A stretch of DNA of 63,859 nucleotides, counting the filler, from Octopus bimaculoides (taxonomy: Eukaryota): the NCBI RefSeq assembly GCF_001194135.2. It is 10 parts of 9 records of this genome, joined end to end, with 100 filler letters (N's around TTAATTAATTAA, not from the genome) between each part and the next. Parts side by side here need not be neighbours in the genome. Positions count along the whole stretch, not along the records: positions 8,879 to 34,777 come from NW_026339627.1; 9 more parts are not named here. The stretch is one strand, 5' to 3'. Below, one piece after another: positions 13,883 to 27,200 of this stretch. Under the pieces are notes generated by a model. It searched no databases and was not told the DNA's origin. It saw only the letters and a program-made list of their open reading frames with translations. Within the stretch, counting starts at the first letter, position 1. Every line of letters begins with the position of its first letter. The position numbers and the translations under genes were made by a program.

Positions 13883-13939
13883 AGCATAAGATCAGAGCTG
13901 ATGTACCAGAAACTACCATGCAAATATCCTTAAAGATGG

Positions 13940-14670
13940 ATCTGACCCCTTATGCAGAATTTGTGGAAAATTCACAGAGACTATTGAACATGTTGTTTCT
14001 GGCTGCCCAGTCCTTGCTGAAAAGAGTACCTCATAAGACATGACAGACTAAGGCAGTACGTCCACTGGAATGCTTGTAAACACTACAAAATTAAATCCCA
14101 TGATAAGTGGTACAGGTACCATCCAGAGGATGTAGTAAACGGCAAGAGTGCCGCCATCCTTTGGAACTTCCCAATACAAACAGACAGAAAAATTAACTCC
14201 AATTGACCAGACATTGTGATCAAAGATTACAAAAGAGGGACTTATCTGTTAATAGATATGTCTGTCCCACAAGATCAAAACGTCTCAAGAAAGGAATATG
14301 GAAAGCTTTCTCACTATCAAGATCTGCAAATTGAGATCACAAAAATGTGGAAGCTTAGTACTACGATAATACCAGTAGTAATCGGTGCATTGGGAATGAT
14401 AAAGAAGGGAGCTAAGAAATATATTAAGCAACTCCCTGGTAACTCCAATCTCCGTGAACTACAAAAGATAACCTTGATGGGTACAACTCATATACTACGG
14501 AAAGCACTCGCCATCTAAAATGAAATAAATGTGGTGATAATTTTAGCATGCTTAGCAAAACAAAAGTGCCCTTGCTACTCTTGGCCTCTGGAGGATGCCT
14601 GGTACTAAGACAGGTGAAATAAAGTTATAATGAAAGGAAACCATAAATGATAATAATAATGATGATGATT
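13940..14670 (+). mobile_element. 3' part of a second R4/Dong-type family (CCHC + RLE)
   Basis: Reads PLCRICGKFTETIEHVVSGC, RHD, LLIDMSVP..KLSHYQDLQIEITKMWK..GTTHILRKALAI*, followed by a TAA/TGA tail. Confidence 0.88.
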
Positions 14671-15540
14671 TCATTTATTTACCACAAGAGCAAGCTCTGA
14701 TGTAGTACCAAGCAGTGACTCTCATGGCTTCTGATCTTTACTGATTGGAAGTGTTATCATGTATATGTTTTGTCTTGGTATAAAAGATAGGCTACAGCAA
14801 ATATTCTGCTCAATACCACAGATTTGCTTGACTTTAACCAGTTGAGCATGTCCCTTAGTGGCTGATGATATGTGCATCATCTCTGATCATGAGCAGAAGT
14901 AGTGGGGGAGCATTATAGCCATGTGCTGAAAGGAATTGTTTGGGATTTGAATAATTCACCTTTGGAACCATGGGTATTTCATTCAACATACTTAAACAAC
15001 CTTTATTCAAGGACCTTTTGAGCAGAATGAGCTGTTGAACCTGAATAAAATTCTAACTGGGTCCCCACCTGCAAGGTCTTGTGCTGTTCATCTTGATTTC
15101 AGATCACCATGTTATGCACATATGCTTGTGATGCACGTCCCTGGTGTACCTTTATCAGACAGGTAGTCTTGATGGATATATTGGGCTTCATATATTTGTA
15201 CTCCTGTATCACTTTAGTGGTATGCATTGCTTTCTCACTCAATAATAATAATAATAATAATAACAATAAGAATAAGAAGAAGAAGAATACCTGGGGGATT
15301 TTAAGTACTTGAAAGACTATAGAAAGCCTGTGGATACCTAAGGTTACTGGTAGTAACCTGCTATCCACATAAATTCTTCCAGGAATAAGAAGGAACCTGA
15401 GTCAAATCATGAATAATAATAAAAATCATCACCATCATCATTATCACCATCATCCACCATCACAGCTGCCACCACTGCAACTGCCTCTGCTACCACCACT
15501 ACCATCATTTAACATAATTTTCCCATGCTAATATAGGAGT

Positions 15541-16462
15541 CAATTGTGTGATGTGCGGCCGAGCGTTGTCGTGGAGAAGAATTGGTCCTTTTCTATTGAC
15601 CAATGCTGCTGTTGTTGCTGGAGTTTCTTATACGTTTCATCCATTTGCTGACAGTACTCCACCATTATGGTTTTGCTTGGATCCAAAAAGCTGTGATGAA
15701 TGAGACCGGCCACAGACTACCAAACAGTCTCCATGGCCTTCTTTTGGTGCAACTTTGACTTTGCGAAGTGCCATGGAGCTTTGTCAGCGTCCAACCACTG
15801 AGCTAAGTGTTGCCAGTTGTCGTAAAGAATCCACTTTTCATCACAAGTCACAATCCGGTTAAGAAACAGGTCATTCTTGTTGCATAAAAGAAGGGAAAAC
15901 AACACTTCAAAATGGCGTTTTTTTTGTTTTTTTTGGTTGTCATTCAATACATGCGGCACCCATTTCTCAAGTGTTTTTGTTTTTCCAGTCTCTTTCAAGT
16001 GGTTGGAAATTGTCGAATATGTTACGTCTAATTCAGAAGCAAGCTCTCGAACAGTTGTGTGTGGATCGGGTTACACGAAGGCTTTTCGTTGATCGTTGTC
16101 AACATCCGATGGCCGACCACTATGCTTATCATCTTGAAGACTCTTGTCACTGCTACAAAATTTCTTGAACCACCATTGTGCTGTGCGTTCATTAGGGGTT
16201 CCTGGGCCAAACATATCGTTGATGTCACGAGCTGTTTCAGCAGCTTTTTGGCCTAGCTTGAACTGGAATAAGAAAATTGTGCGAATTTGCTTTTTGTCCA
16301 TGTTGTATTCAACATTCCAGAAAAAATGGCCTAATTATTTAAAAACAAACACCACGCAATTAGGTAGAGCGAAAAACGGGCTTTAAAATGAAAGTCAGAG
16401 TAATTTAATGAAAATTAATTTGAAAATATATCATTTAAAACCAAACTTTCTTGACAACCTAA
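15541..16462 (-). mobile_element. mariner-family (Hsmar1/cecropia-like) transposon, degenerate and 3'-truncated
   Basis: TA followed by TTAGGTTGTCAAG TIR-like start at 16462. N-terminal HTH MDKKQIRTIFLFQFKLG..AAETARDIN, WVPH, TCDEKW and HDNARPH (15553-15573) are present; the third catalytic motif is missing. Confidence 0.92.
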
Positions 16463-17661
16463 TATTATTCTGTAAAATGATATTTAATTAGTTTAAATGT
16501 ACACAAATGCATAAAAATAATTTTTAATTCCATTAGACATTCTAAAATACAATTAAATTTCATTCAATTTTAAAAAAAGGTAAAATCAGACAGAACTTAT
16601 GGGATGACCTGATATAATAAATCAATAATAAGGGGAACAGAGGTTTATACACCCAGTTTTATTCTGCTGTCTGGAAAGACATGATTGACAGTAGAATAGG
16701 ACTGGATATATAAATCTCTGCTCTCTTTATTATGATATTAATTTGTTATTTCTTCTCTACTGACAGCATGCAGTCTCTATGGAGACATATGGATTTACCA
16801 ATGTGAAGATCTACTGTGGATAGTAAAATAAACTAAATGGAGTTTTTCTACACTAATGAAGGTTAACCAGCATTATTAATCAGTAAAAGTAAATATGTTA
16901 CCTGCTAGGATTGAATGTCCCTACCAACCTAATTTGGAAACTTACCTTTTTACACACACACACACATATCCTGAGCAACAAATTTGGTGTATGAACAAAA
17001 CACATACACAAAGCATGTATTTTTAATTGCAATTTAACTTTCTTTCATATGAGCTATGCCATAGTACATCTGCAAATAGATTTCACTCTTTGTGCATATA
17101 AGTCACACAGCAGCAATTCACATTGTTTGGAGATGAGTACATGCGACTGATAAGCCACAATATTGGTGAAATGTCAGTATCTACGATTCTCAGCATCCAA
17201 GTCTGGTCTTCACCATTCAGCACTCTTTAACTCACCAGTGTGCTGGGCACTTTCCCTAGACATTACCCCACAGCAAATTTGGCAAATAAACAAAACACTT
17301 ATACTATATGTGACTGAAGCCTCGTGAGTGGATTTGGCAGATGAAAACTGAAAGGAGCCTGTTGTGTGTATATATATTCTTTTGTTCTTTTCCATGTTTC
17401 AGTCATTTGATTGTGGCCATGCTGGAGCACCACCTTTAGTCAAACAAATCAACCTCCAGGACTTATTCTGTGTAAGCCTAGTACTTATTCCATTGGCTTC
17501 TTTTGCCAAACCACTAAGTTACAGGGGCATAAACACACCAACATCGATTTTCAAGTGATGGTGGGGGTGCAAACACAGACACATACACAAATATACACAT
17601 TAAACTTAAAATTAAATTAACTTTAAATTAATTTATTTAATTTGAACATTGAACTAGAAAC

Positions 17662-18176
17662 TATAGTACACGATTAAGCCACTGTAATTTTGAAATAAAC
17701 TTTTATTCATCTCGTCCGCTTTTTACAGCTATTTCATATCAAGGTAAATCATGTTTATTTGAACATCTATTTTCAACATGCAAGGAAGTAGATTTCGCTG
17801 TCTTCCTCTTTCTCTCTGTCTATATATACATATTTGCTATCTTGGAAAGAAGCATGTTGAATTTTTGAAAGGAAAGTTATACTTTCTTACCCACTAAATT
17901 TCTGAAAATATTTATAAACCATTAACTTAGAATTGCTGTGGATGAGAAAGGTAATATTTTAGAATTATACATACTTTTCATAAATATGGGCATATAATGC
18001 TGAAGTGAGTAACTATAGTATACTATTAAGCCATTGTAATTTTGAAATAAACTTTTATTCATCTCGCTCGCTTTTTACAGCTATATCGTATCAAGGCAAA
18101 TCGTGGATGTTTATTTGAACACCTATTTTCAATGTGCAAGGAAGTAGGTTTCACTATCCTCCTATTTCTCTCTGTC
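17662..18176. repeat. pair of ~160-bp diverged direct repeats
   Basis: 17662-17820 and 18014-18176 share ...ctgtaattttgaaataaacttttattcatctcg...caaggaagtag. Confidence 0.85.
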
Positions 18177-18210
<34 letters not shown>

Positions 18211-18221
18211 TGCACACACAT

Positions 18222-18388
18222 TTATACGACGAACTTCTTTCAGCTTCCATCTACCAAATCCAAACACAAGGTTTTGGTCAGCTTGAGGCTATAGTAGAAG
18301 ATACTGGCCCAAGGTGCCATGCAGTGGGACTGAATCCAGAACCATGTGCTTGGGAAGCAAACATCTTTCCACACAGCCACACTGCACC
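18222..18388 (-). mobile_element. SINE family A head
   Basis: Homologous to 9781-9946. Confidence 0.8.
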
Positions 18389-19274
18389 TATATATATATA
18401 TAGGCAAGAAAGTATACTAGCCTTTATATATTTAATTCTCTATATTTAATACTCAATATTTCATATATTCAATAAGACATTCAATTCTTCATTTCATTTT
18501 ACTATTTATATTTTATATTCCATATTCTATATCCCACATTAATTTTATAAGAATATAAATAAAACATAAAAAACGGACAGAGTTGGAACTCTTTTAAATA
18601 ATATATTCCTCTCATACAAAACCCTTTTTTNNNNNNNNNNNNNNNNNNNNNNNNNNNNNNNNNNNNNNNNNNNNNNNNNNNNNNNNNNNNNNNNNNNNNN
18701 NNNNNNNNNNNNNNNNNNNNNNNNNNNNNNNNNNNNNNNNNNNNNNNNNNNNNNNNNNNNNNNNNNNNNNNNNNNNNNNNNNNNNNNNNNNNNNNNNNNN
18801 NNNNNNNNNNNNNNNNNNNNNNNNNNNNNNNNNNNNNNNNNNNNNNNNNNNNNNNNNNNNNNNNNNNNNNNNNNNTATATATATCTGTGTGTATCTTTGT
18901 ATATGTGTTTGTATATGTGGTTATTTATCTATCTATATATATATATATATATTCACCTTCTCTTCGACTTATGAATATCTGTACTTACAACCACAATAAA
19001 ATAAATAAATAAATAAATAAAAAGTCAATTTTCGGACATTGGACAGCTGCACATATGGTAACTATGGCAGCATCTGGCATTGCCGGCCTCCCTCAGACCC
19101 AAGTATCCACTGCCTGCCACTGTCTCTCACTCAGTCACTATTAAGCATCAGTTGCATGAATGAAAATAGTGTTGAAAAATATAAATCCAATACATGACCA
19201 GATCGACCTATGACCTGTCAGTCAGAATGAAACTTGGTTGTAAGTTAAGGAGAAGATGTATATATATACTTATA

Positions 19275-19416
19275 GGTGCAGGAGTGGCTGTGTGGTAAAT
19301 AGCTTGCTTACTAACCACATGGTTCCAGGTTGAGTCCCACTACATGGCACCTTGGGCAAGTGTCTTCTACTATAGCCTCGTGGATTTGGTAGACGGAAAC
19401 TGAAAGAAGCCCGTCG

Positions 19417-19481
<65 letters not shown>

Positions 19482-19675
19482 NNNNNNNNNNNNNNNNNNN
19501 NNNNNNNNNNNNNNNNNNNNNNNNNNNNNNAGACTCTTTTTGCCGAACTGGTGTGTTTACGTTCCCGTAACTTACCAGTTCGGCAAAAAGAGTCTGATAG
19601 AATAAGTACTAGGCTTACAAAGAATAAGTCCTGGGGTCGATTTTCTCGACTAAAGGCAGTGCTCCAGCATGGGGA
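19275..19675 (+). mobile_element. SINE family A
   Basis: Head at 19275, (TG)n/gap, then 3' part to ccagcatgg. Confidence 0.85.
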
Positions 19676-19804
19676 GACAATGTAACTCCTTAATAATTCA
19701 CGTGCTATAAAATATCATGGTATCTGGGGCACTAAAAATCTGCAAGACCTTCTAAAGATTTAAAGCATGATAAATAAAATAAGATGTTTTCCTTCACAAA
19801 CTTA

Positions 19805-20027
19805 TAGGTGCAGGAGTGGCTGTGTGGTAAGTAGCTTGCTTACCAACCACATGATTCCGAGTTCAGTCCCACTGCATGGCACTTTGGGCAAGTGTCTTCT
19901 ACTATAGCCTCAGGCCGACCAAAGCCTTGTGAGTGGATTTGGTAGACGGAAACTGAAAGAAGACCGTCATATATATGTATATGTATATATATGCATGTGT
20001 GTTTGTGTGTCTGTGTTTGCCACCCCC
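19805..20027 (+). mobile_element. SINE family A, runs into a gap
   Basis: High similarity to the other copies. Confidence 0.85.
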
Positions 20028-21012
20028 NNNNNNNNNNNNNNNNNNNNNNNNNNNNNNNNNNNNNNNNNNNNNNNNNNNNNNNNNNNNNNNNNNNNNNNNN
20101 NNNNNNNNNNNNNNNNNNNNNNNNNNNNNNNNNNNNNNNNNNNNNNNNNNNNNNNNNNNNNNNNNNNNNNNNNNNNNNNNNNNNNNNNNNNNNNNNNNNN
20201 NNNNNNNNNNNNNNNNNNNNNNNNNNNNNNNNNNNNNNNNNNNNNNNNNNNNNNNNNNNNNNNNNNNNNNNNNNNNNNNNNNNNNNNNNNNNNNNNNNNN
20301 NNNNNNNNNNNNNNNNNNNNNNNNNNNNNNNNNNNNNNNNNNNNNNNNNNNNNNNNNNNNNNNNNNNNNNNNNNNNNNNNNNNNNNNNNNNNNNNNNNNN
20401 NNNNNNNNNNNNNNNNNNNNNNNNNNNNNNNNNNNNNNNNNNNNNNNNNNNNNNNNNNNNNNNNNNNNNNNNNNNNNNNNNNNNNNCACACACACTTATT
20501 TGTCAGGGATTGGTTTTATGACAATAATCATGTTATTTTTGTATCATTCATTTAAAGTGAGAATGTTTTTTTTCATTTCAATCCTGGTTCAAAATGAGGT
20601 GTAACTTTTCCTTATGTTTTTCCTGTTCTATTTTTAGTATGGCCACTCATTTTCTTTTCCTTGTTTTTTTTGCCTATTATCTTCAATGAAATAGATTGTT
20701 TTTTTTTTTTCTTCATTTGCTTTGTCCTATTTTCTATTGAGAAATGACATTAGTAAAAGTTATTTATTGAATTCATTATATATACCAAGAAGAATTTTGG
20801 AATACACTGAACCACAAAAGAAACTTGAGACATGTGTGATTGTGAAATATGTTTTAATTCCATTATGTCAGAGATAAATTTTGGTAAATCTGATAAAGTC
20901 AATTACTTGGATACACTTTGACCACAGTCTATGGGTCATTGTCATGTGTTCAGGTAGTGGGTGGATCCAGCACATTGAGATTGTAGGGCATGACATGTTC
21001 AATACCCTAGGT

Positions 21013-21668
21013 CAGGGGGTTTTCAAACTTTTTGACTTGTGGACCCCTTTATATTTCAGGCTTTACCTTAGGGACCCCCTTATAAACGCTTATGAAATTT
21101 ATACATAAATATTTGCTTAAAATAACATATATTTTTACATTTGTTTATTTAACGGTATTTAACAAATAGGTTTATTGTCAATTAAAAGATTTCGATTAAA
21201 AACCAAATATAAAATCAAATTGCCCATAAAAAGTATTTGCGGACCACAGTTTGAAAACCANNNNNNNNNNNNNNNNNNNNNNNNNNNNNNNNNNNNNNNN
21301 NNNNNNNNNNNNNNNNNNNNNNNNNNNNNNNNNNNNNNNNNNNNNNNNNNNNNNNNNNNNNNNNNNNNNNNNNNNNNNNNNNNNNNNNNNNNNNNNNNNN
21401 NNNNNNNNNNNNNNNNNNNGGGGGTTTTCAAACTTTTTGACTTGTGGACCCCTTTATATTTCAGGCTTTACCTTAGGGACCCCCTTATAAACGCTTATGA
21501 AATTTATACATAAATATTTGCTTAAAATAACATATATTTTTACATTTGTTTATTTAACGGTATTTAACAAATAGGTTTATTGTCAATTAAAAGATTTCGA
21601 TTAAAAACCAAATATAAAATCAAATTGCCCATAAAAAGTATTTGCGGACCACAGTTTGAAAACCACTG
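21013..21668. mobile_element. hAT (Charlie-like) MITE, ~250 bp, shown twice across a gap
   Basis: TIRs CAGGGGGTTTTCAAAC / GTTTGAAAACCACTG; 8-bp TSD CCCTAGGT at 21005-21012 and 21669-21676. Confidence 0.9.
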
Positions 21669-21676
21669 CCCTAGGT

Positions 21677-22654
21677 GTTTGAAACGGCCATACACCATCG
21701 GTACATGGAGTGCATGAAGCAGTTCACAAAAGCCATTGGCACTTGTGCCCACACTCTGAGGAAAGCTGCCTCCAGTTTCACATGAGTTGTCAGCCTTGGG
21801 ACAATCTGGTTTAGCCATCTCTGGATTTCATCTCACAGGTATTCAATTAGGTTCAAATCCCGGCTGAGAACTGGCCAAAGCATGGTTCTGATGTTATGCT
21901 GATGCACAAAGTCCATGGTGACCCTGGCTGTTTGGGAGGAAGCATTGTCCTGCTGGAACACGTGGCTATGGTGACACACGAAGAAGGGCACGATGTGAGA
22001 TCTTAGGATCAGGTCAATGTAGCACTGCACTGTGATACTATTCCCTCTGCATGCACTAACATTTTGGAACACACAAGGCCCAATTATCTGATTCTGGCCT
22101 ATAGCACCCCAAGTCATGATGCTTTGGCCACCCCACACAGCTCTCTCCATGACACATGCATCTTTGTCGCATTCATCCCACTTACACCACACCCTCACTC
22201 TGCCATCCGAGGTGGAAACGCAATACCGGCTCTTGTCAAAGAAGACTATCAACCTCCATTGTTGATGCCACCAATGTCGGTGTTGTGTAGCCCACTGTAG
22301 TCATGTCTGACGGTGGTGGGTGGTGAGAACAGGCCCTCAAACAGGACGCCTGCAACGCAGGTTGTTAGCAGCCAGTTGACATTGTACCATGTCGTCGCTG
22401 ATGGGTCACTGTCCAGTACCAATGGTCTCATAAGTTATCATGCCGGTCTGAAGCGATCATTAAGGAGTTGCAGGTGGATGAACCAATCCTGCTTGACCGT
22501 GATCACCCAGGATAGGCGGAGGGGGGGCTCCCTCTACAGTGCTGTTGGTGCTGTATCTTTGTTGCAGGCGATAGATGGTGCTGACATGAATACGCTGCTC
22601 TGCTTGCAATCAGTTGATAGCTTGTTCTCTCTGCACTGCTGACAATTGGGTCAT
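21677..22654 (-). mobile_element. Tc1-family DD34E transposase remnant
   Basis: Start MTQLSAVQREQAIN, then FFDKSRY (cf. FSDESRF), WG, FQQDNA and WPVLSRDLNLIEYL, with exactly 34 residues between the second D and E. Stops and frameshifts are present. Confidence 0.9.
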
Positions 22655-23269
22655 ACCTGATGCATCCAAATTACGAATGCCAGGAATGCGGTTCAAGTTG
22701 ATTTTTATACCCATAACCTCGATGCGATGCATGTGCATTTCAGTTTTCATGGCAATTGTTTGTGACTGCCACCCATAGCATTCAATGCAGCTGCGTTTTG
22801 GCATCTTGTTTCAGGGAAAGTTGAAAGGTTACCTACAATTTGGGTCTCAGCCATAAACCAGCATGTCTCGGAATATTTACACTTACATCCCCAAAATAAA
22901 TTTTCAGAATTTACCATATAAAATGACATTCGTGTTTCTATTGCGGTTCAATGCATTTCATTTTTGTTTTTTGCTTTCTTTCAGTGGTATAACCTGTTCT
23001 TTACATTTTCACTCAGTTTATATCCAATAGAATAGTCTCCTTTTTCTTTTTAGAGTCTGAATAGTTATTCATTTTGTTCATTGTAAAGCCTAAGATTTTC
23101 CAGTAAAATTCTGTAAGAGCTTAGTATTCTGTTTCGTAATTATGACAGAAAACAGAATTGGTTGGAGGAAGTTCAGAGAGCTATTATCTTTGTTAGCAAC
23201 AAAAGGACTCTCTCTCTCAGTGAGAGTATGATGCTTGTGTGCGAACAGCTATACTGCATGGTAGTGAGA

Positions 23270-23480
23270 CATGGGCTCTAAATGCAGGAGACTGGAGAGA
23301 AATGCAGGTAATACGCTCCATTGGATGTGCAACATCAGTGCACATGTACAGCAAAGTGCAAATGCATTGAGAGAAAAGTTGGGCATAAGAGGATTCAAAT
23401 GTAGCATGGAAGAGAGAAGGCTATGCTTGTTTGGACATGTGACGTGTATGAATGAGGACAGCTGTGTAAAGAAGTGCTAG
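23270..23480 (+). mobile_element. RTE LINE C-terminal fragment
   Basis: LHWMCN..LREKLGIR..EERRLCLFGHVTCMNEDSCVKKC is homologous to 31114-31455. Confidence 0.8.
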
Positions 23481-24975
23481 TCACTGTAAGTGGATGGTTT
23501 TGCTTCCACTTGCCCCAACAGGTCTTCGCAAGTGGAGTTTAGTGTCCAATGAAGGAGAGGTTGGCATGGGTGCCAGTCTACAAATTTGGTTCGATTTTGA
23601 TTTCACTTGCCTCAACAGGTCTTTGCAAACAGAGTTTAGTGTCCAATGAAGGAAAGGTACGCATAAGTGGGCTGGTTACACCCCTGGCAGAGGCCTCATA
23701 TATATGTATATATATGTATATATATGTATATATATGTATATNNNNNNNNNNNNNNNNNNNNNNNNNNNNNNNNNNNNNNNNNNNNNNNNNNNNNNNNNNN
23801 NNNNNNNNNNNNNNNNNNNNNNNNNNNNNNNNNNNNNNNNNNNNNNNNNNNNNNNNNNNNNNNNNNNNNNNNNNNNNNNNNNNNNNNNNNNNNNNNNNNN
23901 NNNNNNNNNNNNNNNNNNNNNNNNNNNNNNNNNNNNNNNNNNNNNNNNNNNNNNNNNNNNNNNNNNNNNNNNNNNNNNNNNNNNNNNNNNNNNNNNNNNN
24001 NNNNNNNNNNNNNNNNNNNNNNNNNNNNNNNNNNNNNNNNNNNNNNNNNNNNNNNNNNNNNNNNNNNNNNNNNNNNNNNNNNNNNNNNNNNNNNNNNNNN
24101 NNNNNNNNNNNNNNNNNNNNNNNNNNNNNNNNNNNNNNNNNNNNNNNNNNNNNNNNNNNNNNNNNNNNNNNNNNNNNNNNNNNNNNNNNNNNNNNNNNNN
24201 NNNNNNNNNNNNNNNNNNNNNNNNNNNNNNNNNNNNNNNNNNNNNNNNNNNNNNNNNNNNNNNNNNNNNATATATATATATATATATACTACACGTATCC
24301 TTAAACATGGCAATGATGAATTACATTCTTTTTACATTATACTACAATGTCCAAAACTGCAATATATAATTGAATATCCAAAAATGTTGGCTGCTTATTG
24401 TAACAGACAATGCACAGTTAGCTAAAATGCATACATTACACAACTGATGACACCTGATCTGAGTCAGTGTGTGTAACATAGAAAGGTAATTCTCATGAGA
24501 ATAATGCACTCTTTTTTAATTAGGGGTGAAAAAACGTAACTATTTACATATTAGAGCTTCACCCACTGTGCCCAAGTTTGCTCTTCTCTATGCAAATTCA
24601 GTAAAGAGACACTTGAAACAAAACTTGACCAAAAAGTAGAAGAAAATAGTTGTATTGATTTATATAGGACTCAAGGAAAAAATATAGTATTGAGGTATAG
24701 TGGACTTGTGGAAAAATTTCTTCGTGATTGTTTTTTAATATTCTTTTATTCTTTTATTTGTTTCAGTCATTCGATTGTGGCCATGTTGTAGCACTGCCTT
24801 AAAGGGTTTTAGTTGAAAAAATTGACCCCATGACTTATTCTTCATAAGCCTAGTACTTATTCTATTGGTGTCTTTCTCCAAACCACTAAGTTACAGGGAC
24901 ATAAATACACCAGCATCAGTTGTCAAGCAATGGTAGTGGTGCCAAACACACACACACACACACACATAAAAATAT

Positions 24976-25021
<46 letters not shown>

Positions 25022-26268
25022 ATACATACATATATCTTATATATAAATGGTGTGTGTGTGTGTGTGTATCGCATCCTATAACTGTCTGACTTTCTACTTT
25101 TGTAGGGAATTCACTGTTGCTGTCCACACATTGCGAGATTTTAAAACTACATCAAAATTTTCAAATTTGATATATTGAAATAATTTTCCATGTTAAATCC
25201 AGTTTTGTTATTTATTTGTTTCAGAAAAAATGCAGGAAAATGTTACTGAGATTTAACGTTTTGTAGGACCTCGTTTGGCCCTGCCTGCCTGAGGTTTGAA
25301 ACTGAATCTGGAAATTCTCCACAGTCATAAGCCCATTGTGCTGTCAAAAGGTCCTGGCAGGTCTATGTGTTTTCCACTTGACTTATGACCTTGCTATACC
25401 ATAAAAAGTTTAGGTAATCAAAGTGTGACCAATATTAATTTAGCTATGGTTATAATTGTATATCCATTTTTCTAGATTAGTCTATAGAACACAGACCATT
25501 TCCTTTCTCGCTATCTTTTGCATCAGCCATGACCAGGAGCAACACTTCCCTTTGTTCTTCACACGCTGTACGAAGAGAAGCTTTTGGCCAAAATCAAGAA
25601 AGGACAATGCCACAATTACCCTTTCTTCCTCTCTTGTCAGCACAGGGCAATCTCTATTCTTTCACTCTCTACTAACAGACTGCAACTTTCACACTATTGG
25701 CTACAAACTAGCAGGCGAACCTTTTGTCACTGTCACTACAATTACTGCTGACTTAATAACTACTTGCTGGGCAAATAAAAAAATGTAAATAATGTTCATT
25801 CCTTTTTATTCGTCAATGTTCTTCACTGGTATCTCCATCACAAGAACCTCAAGCCTTACATTTACACGCTACATTTGGTAGTCGGCTACATCATATCGAC
25901 ATGATTCTACATATTACTTTAGCCACTACAGTTTAATCCATTTTACCTAATCAGAAAACAGGATTTGGAAGCTGGAATTTTCTGTATGATAGCTGTCTAT
26001 CACAAAACAAAATCAAAATCATTAGGAGGAGGAATTTTAAATAAACAAATGTCAGTGATCAGCTTTGTTGATACCGGTATGACTTTGAATCTTTGTAATG
26101 ATTCATAATAATGATTTTTACACTTCATAATTCCTCTTCAAATCATCTAATTGTATGTATATATATTTGCTTTTCTTAAAGAACCCTTTATTTTTTATAT
26201 CTAATGTGCATTTTCTTTGTTTTCTTTTTACTTTTCCCCTATATATATATATATTTGTNNNNNNNNNN

Positions 26269-26447
26269 ATTTACCTTACACGTCTTCAGGGAAATAAATT
26301 TAAGAACAAACAAAAAATCGAGAACAAGAGGTAAATACCAAAATTGAATATGGACTGGACTTAGAGACGATGTCTTGGTATTTACCTCTTGTTCTCGATT
26401 TTTTGTTTGTTCTTAAATTTATTTCCCTGAAGACGTGTAAGGTAAAT
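26269..26447. repeat. perfect inverted repeat, 73-bp arms, 33-nt spacer
   Basis: 26269-26341 is the exact reverse complement of 26375-26447. Confidence 0.9.
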
Positions 26448-26599
26448 TATATGTTTGACTTAAATTTGACAGTCAAATATAGCCTTATACAGAAATGTTG
26501 ACATAGGAATAAATTTCAATAATAATGGATATTAGCGTCAAAACTCTCTTCTAAATTTAAAACTTTGGATATATATGTGTGTGTGTGTGTACACATACA

Positions 26600-26900
26600 C
26601 GGTGAGGGCACATGGCCTAGTGATTAGTGTGTTGTACTTATGATCTAGCGATCATGATTTCAATTCTTAGACCAGGTGGTGCATTGTGTTCTTGAGCAAA
26701 ACACTTCATCTCATACATTGCTCTGCAATCACTTCGACACCTGACATGTGGTACACAGTGTACCTGTTCAGACAATGTCAGTTTGATGGAGAGAGTGAAC
26801 TAATGTGTGGCATGGACATTTGATGACTATATACAAATCATTTGTGCAGGTCATTTGGCAAAAAGCTGAATGCTCATTAGTCCATCTTCAACAAGAGAGC
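26600..26900 (+). mobile_element. degraded tRNA-type SINE family B
   Basis: tggcctagtg A-box-like head and ttgtgttcttgagcaaaacactt body, as in 38058-38385. Confidence 0.65.
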
Positions 26901-26943
<43 letters not shown>

Positions 26944-27200
26944 ATATTAGGGACAAAATCCAAAATTACAGGTAAAAACTCAATTAAAATCAATTTATAA
27001 ANNNNNNNNNNNNNNNNNNNNNNNNNNNNNNNNNNNNNNNNNNNNNNNNNNNNNNNNNNNNNNNNNNNNNNNNNNNNNNNNNNNNNNNNNNNNNNNNNNN
27101 NNNNNNNNNNNNNNNNNNNNNNNNNNNNNNNNNNNNNNNNNNNNNNNNNNNNNNNNNNNNNNNNNNNNNNNNNNNNNNNNATTGAGCTTTACAGAGTAAA

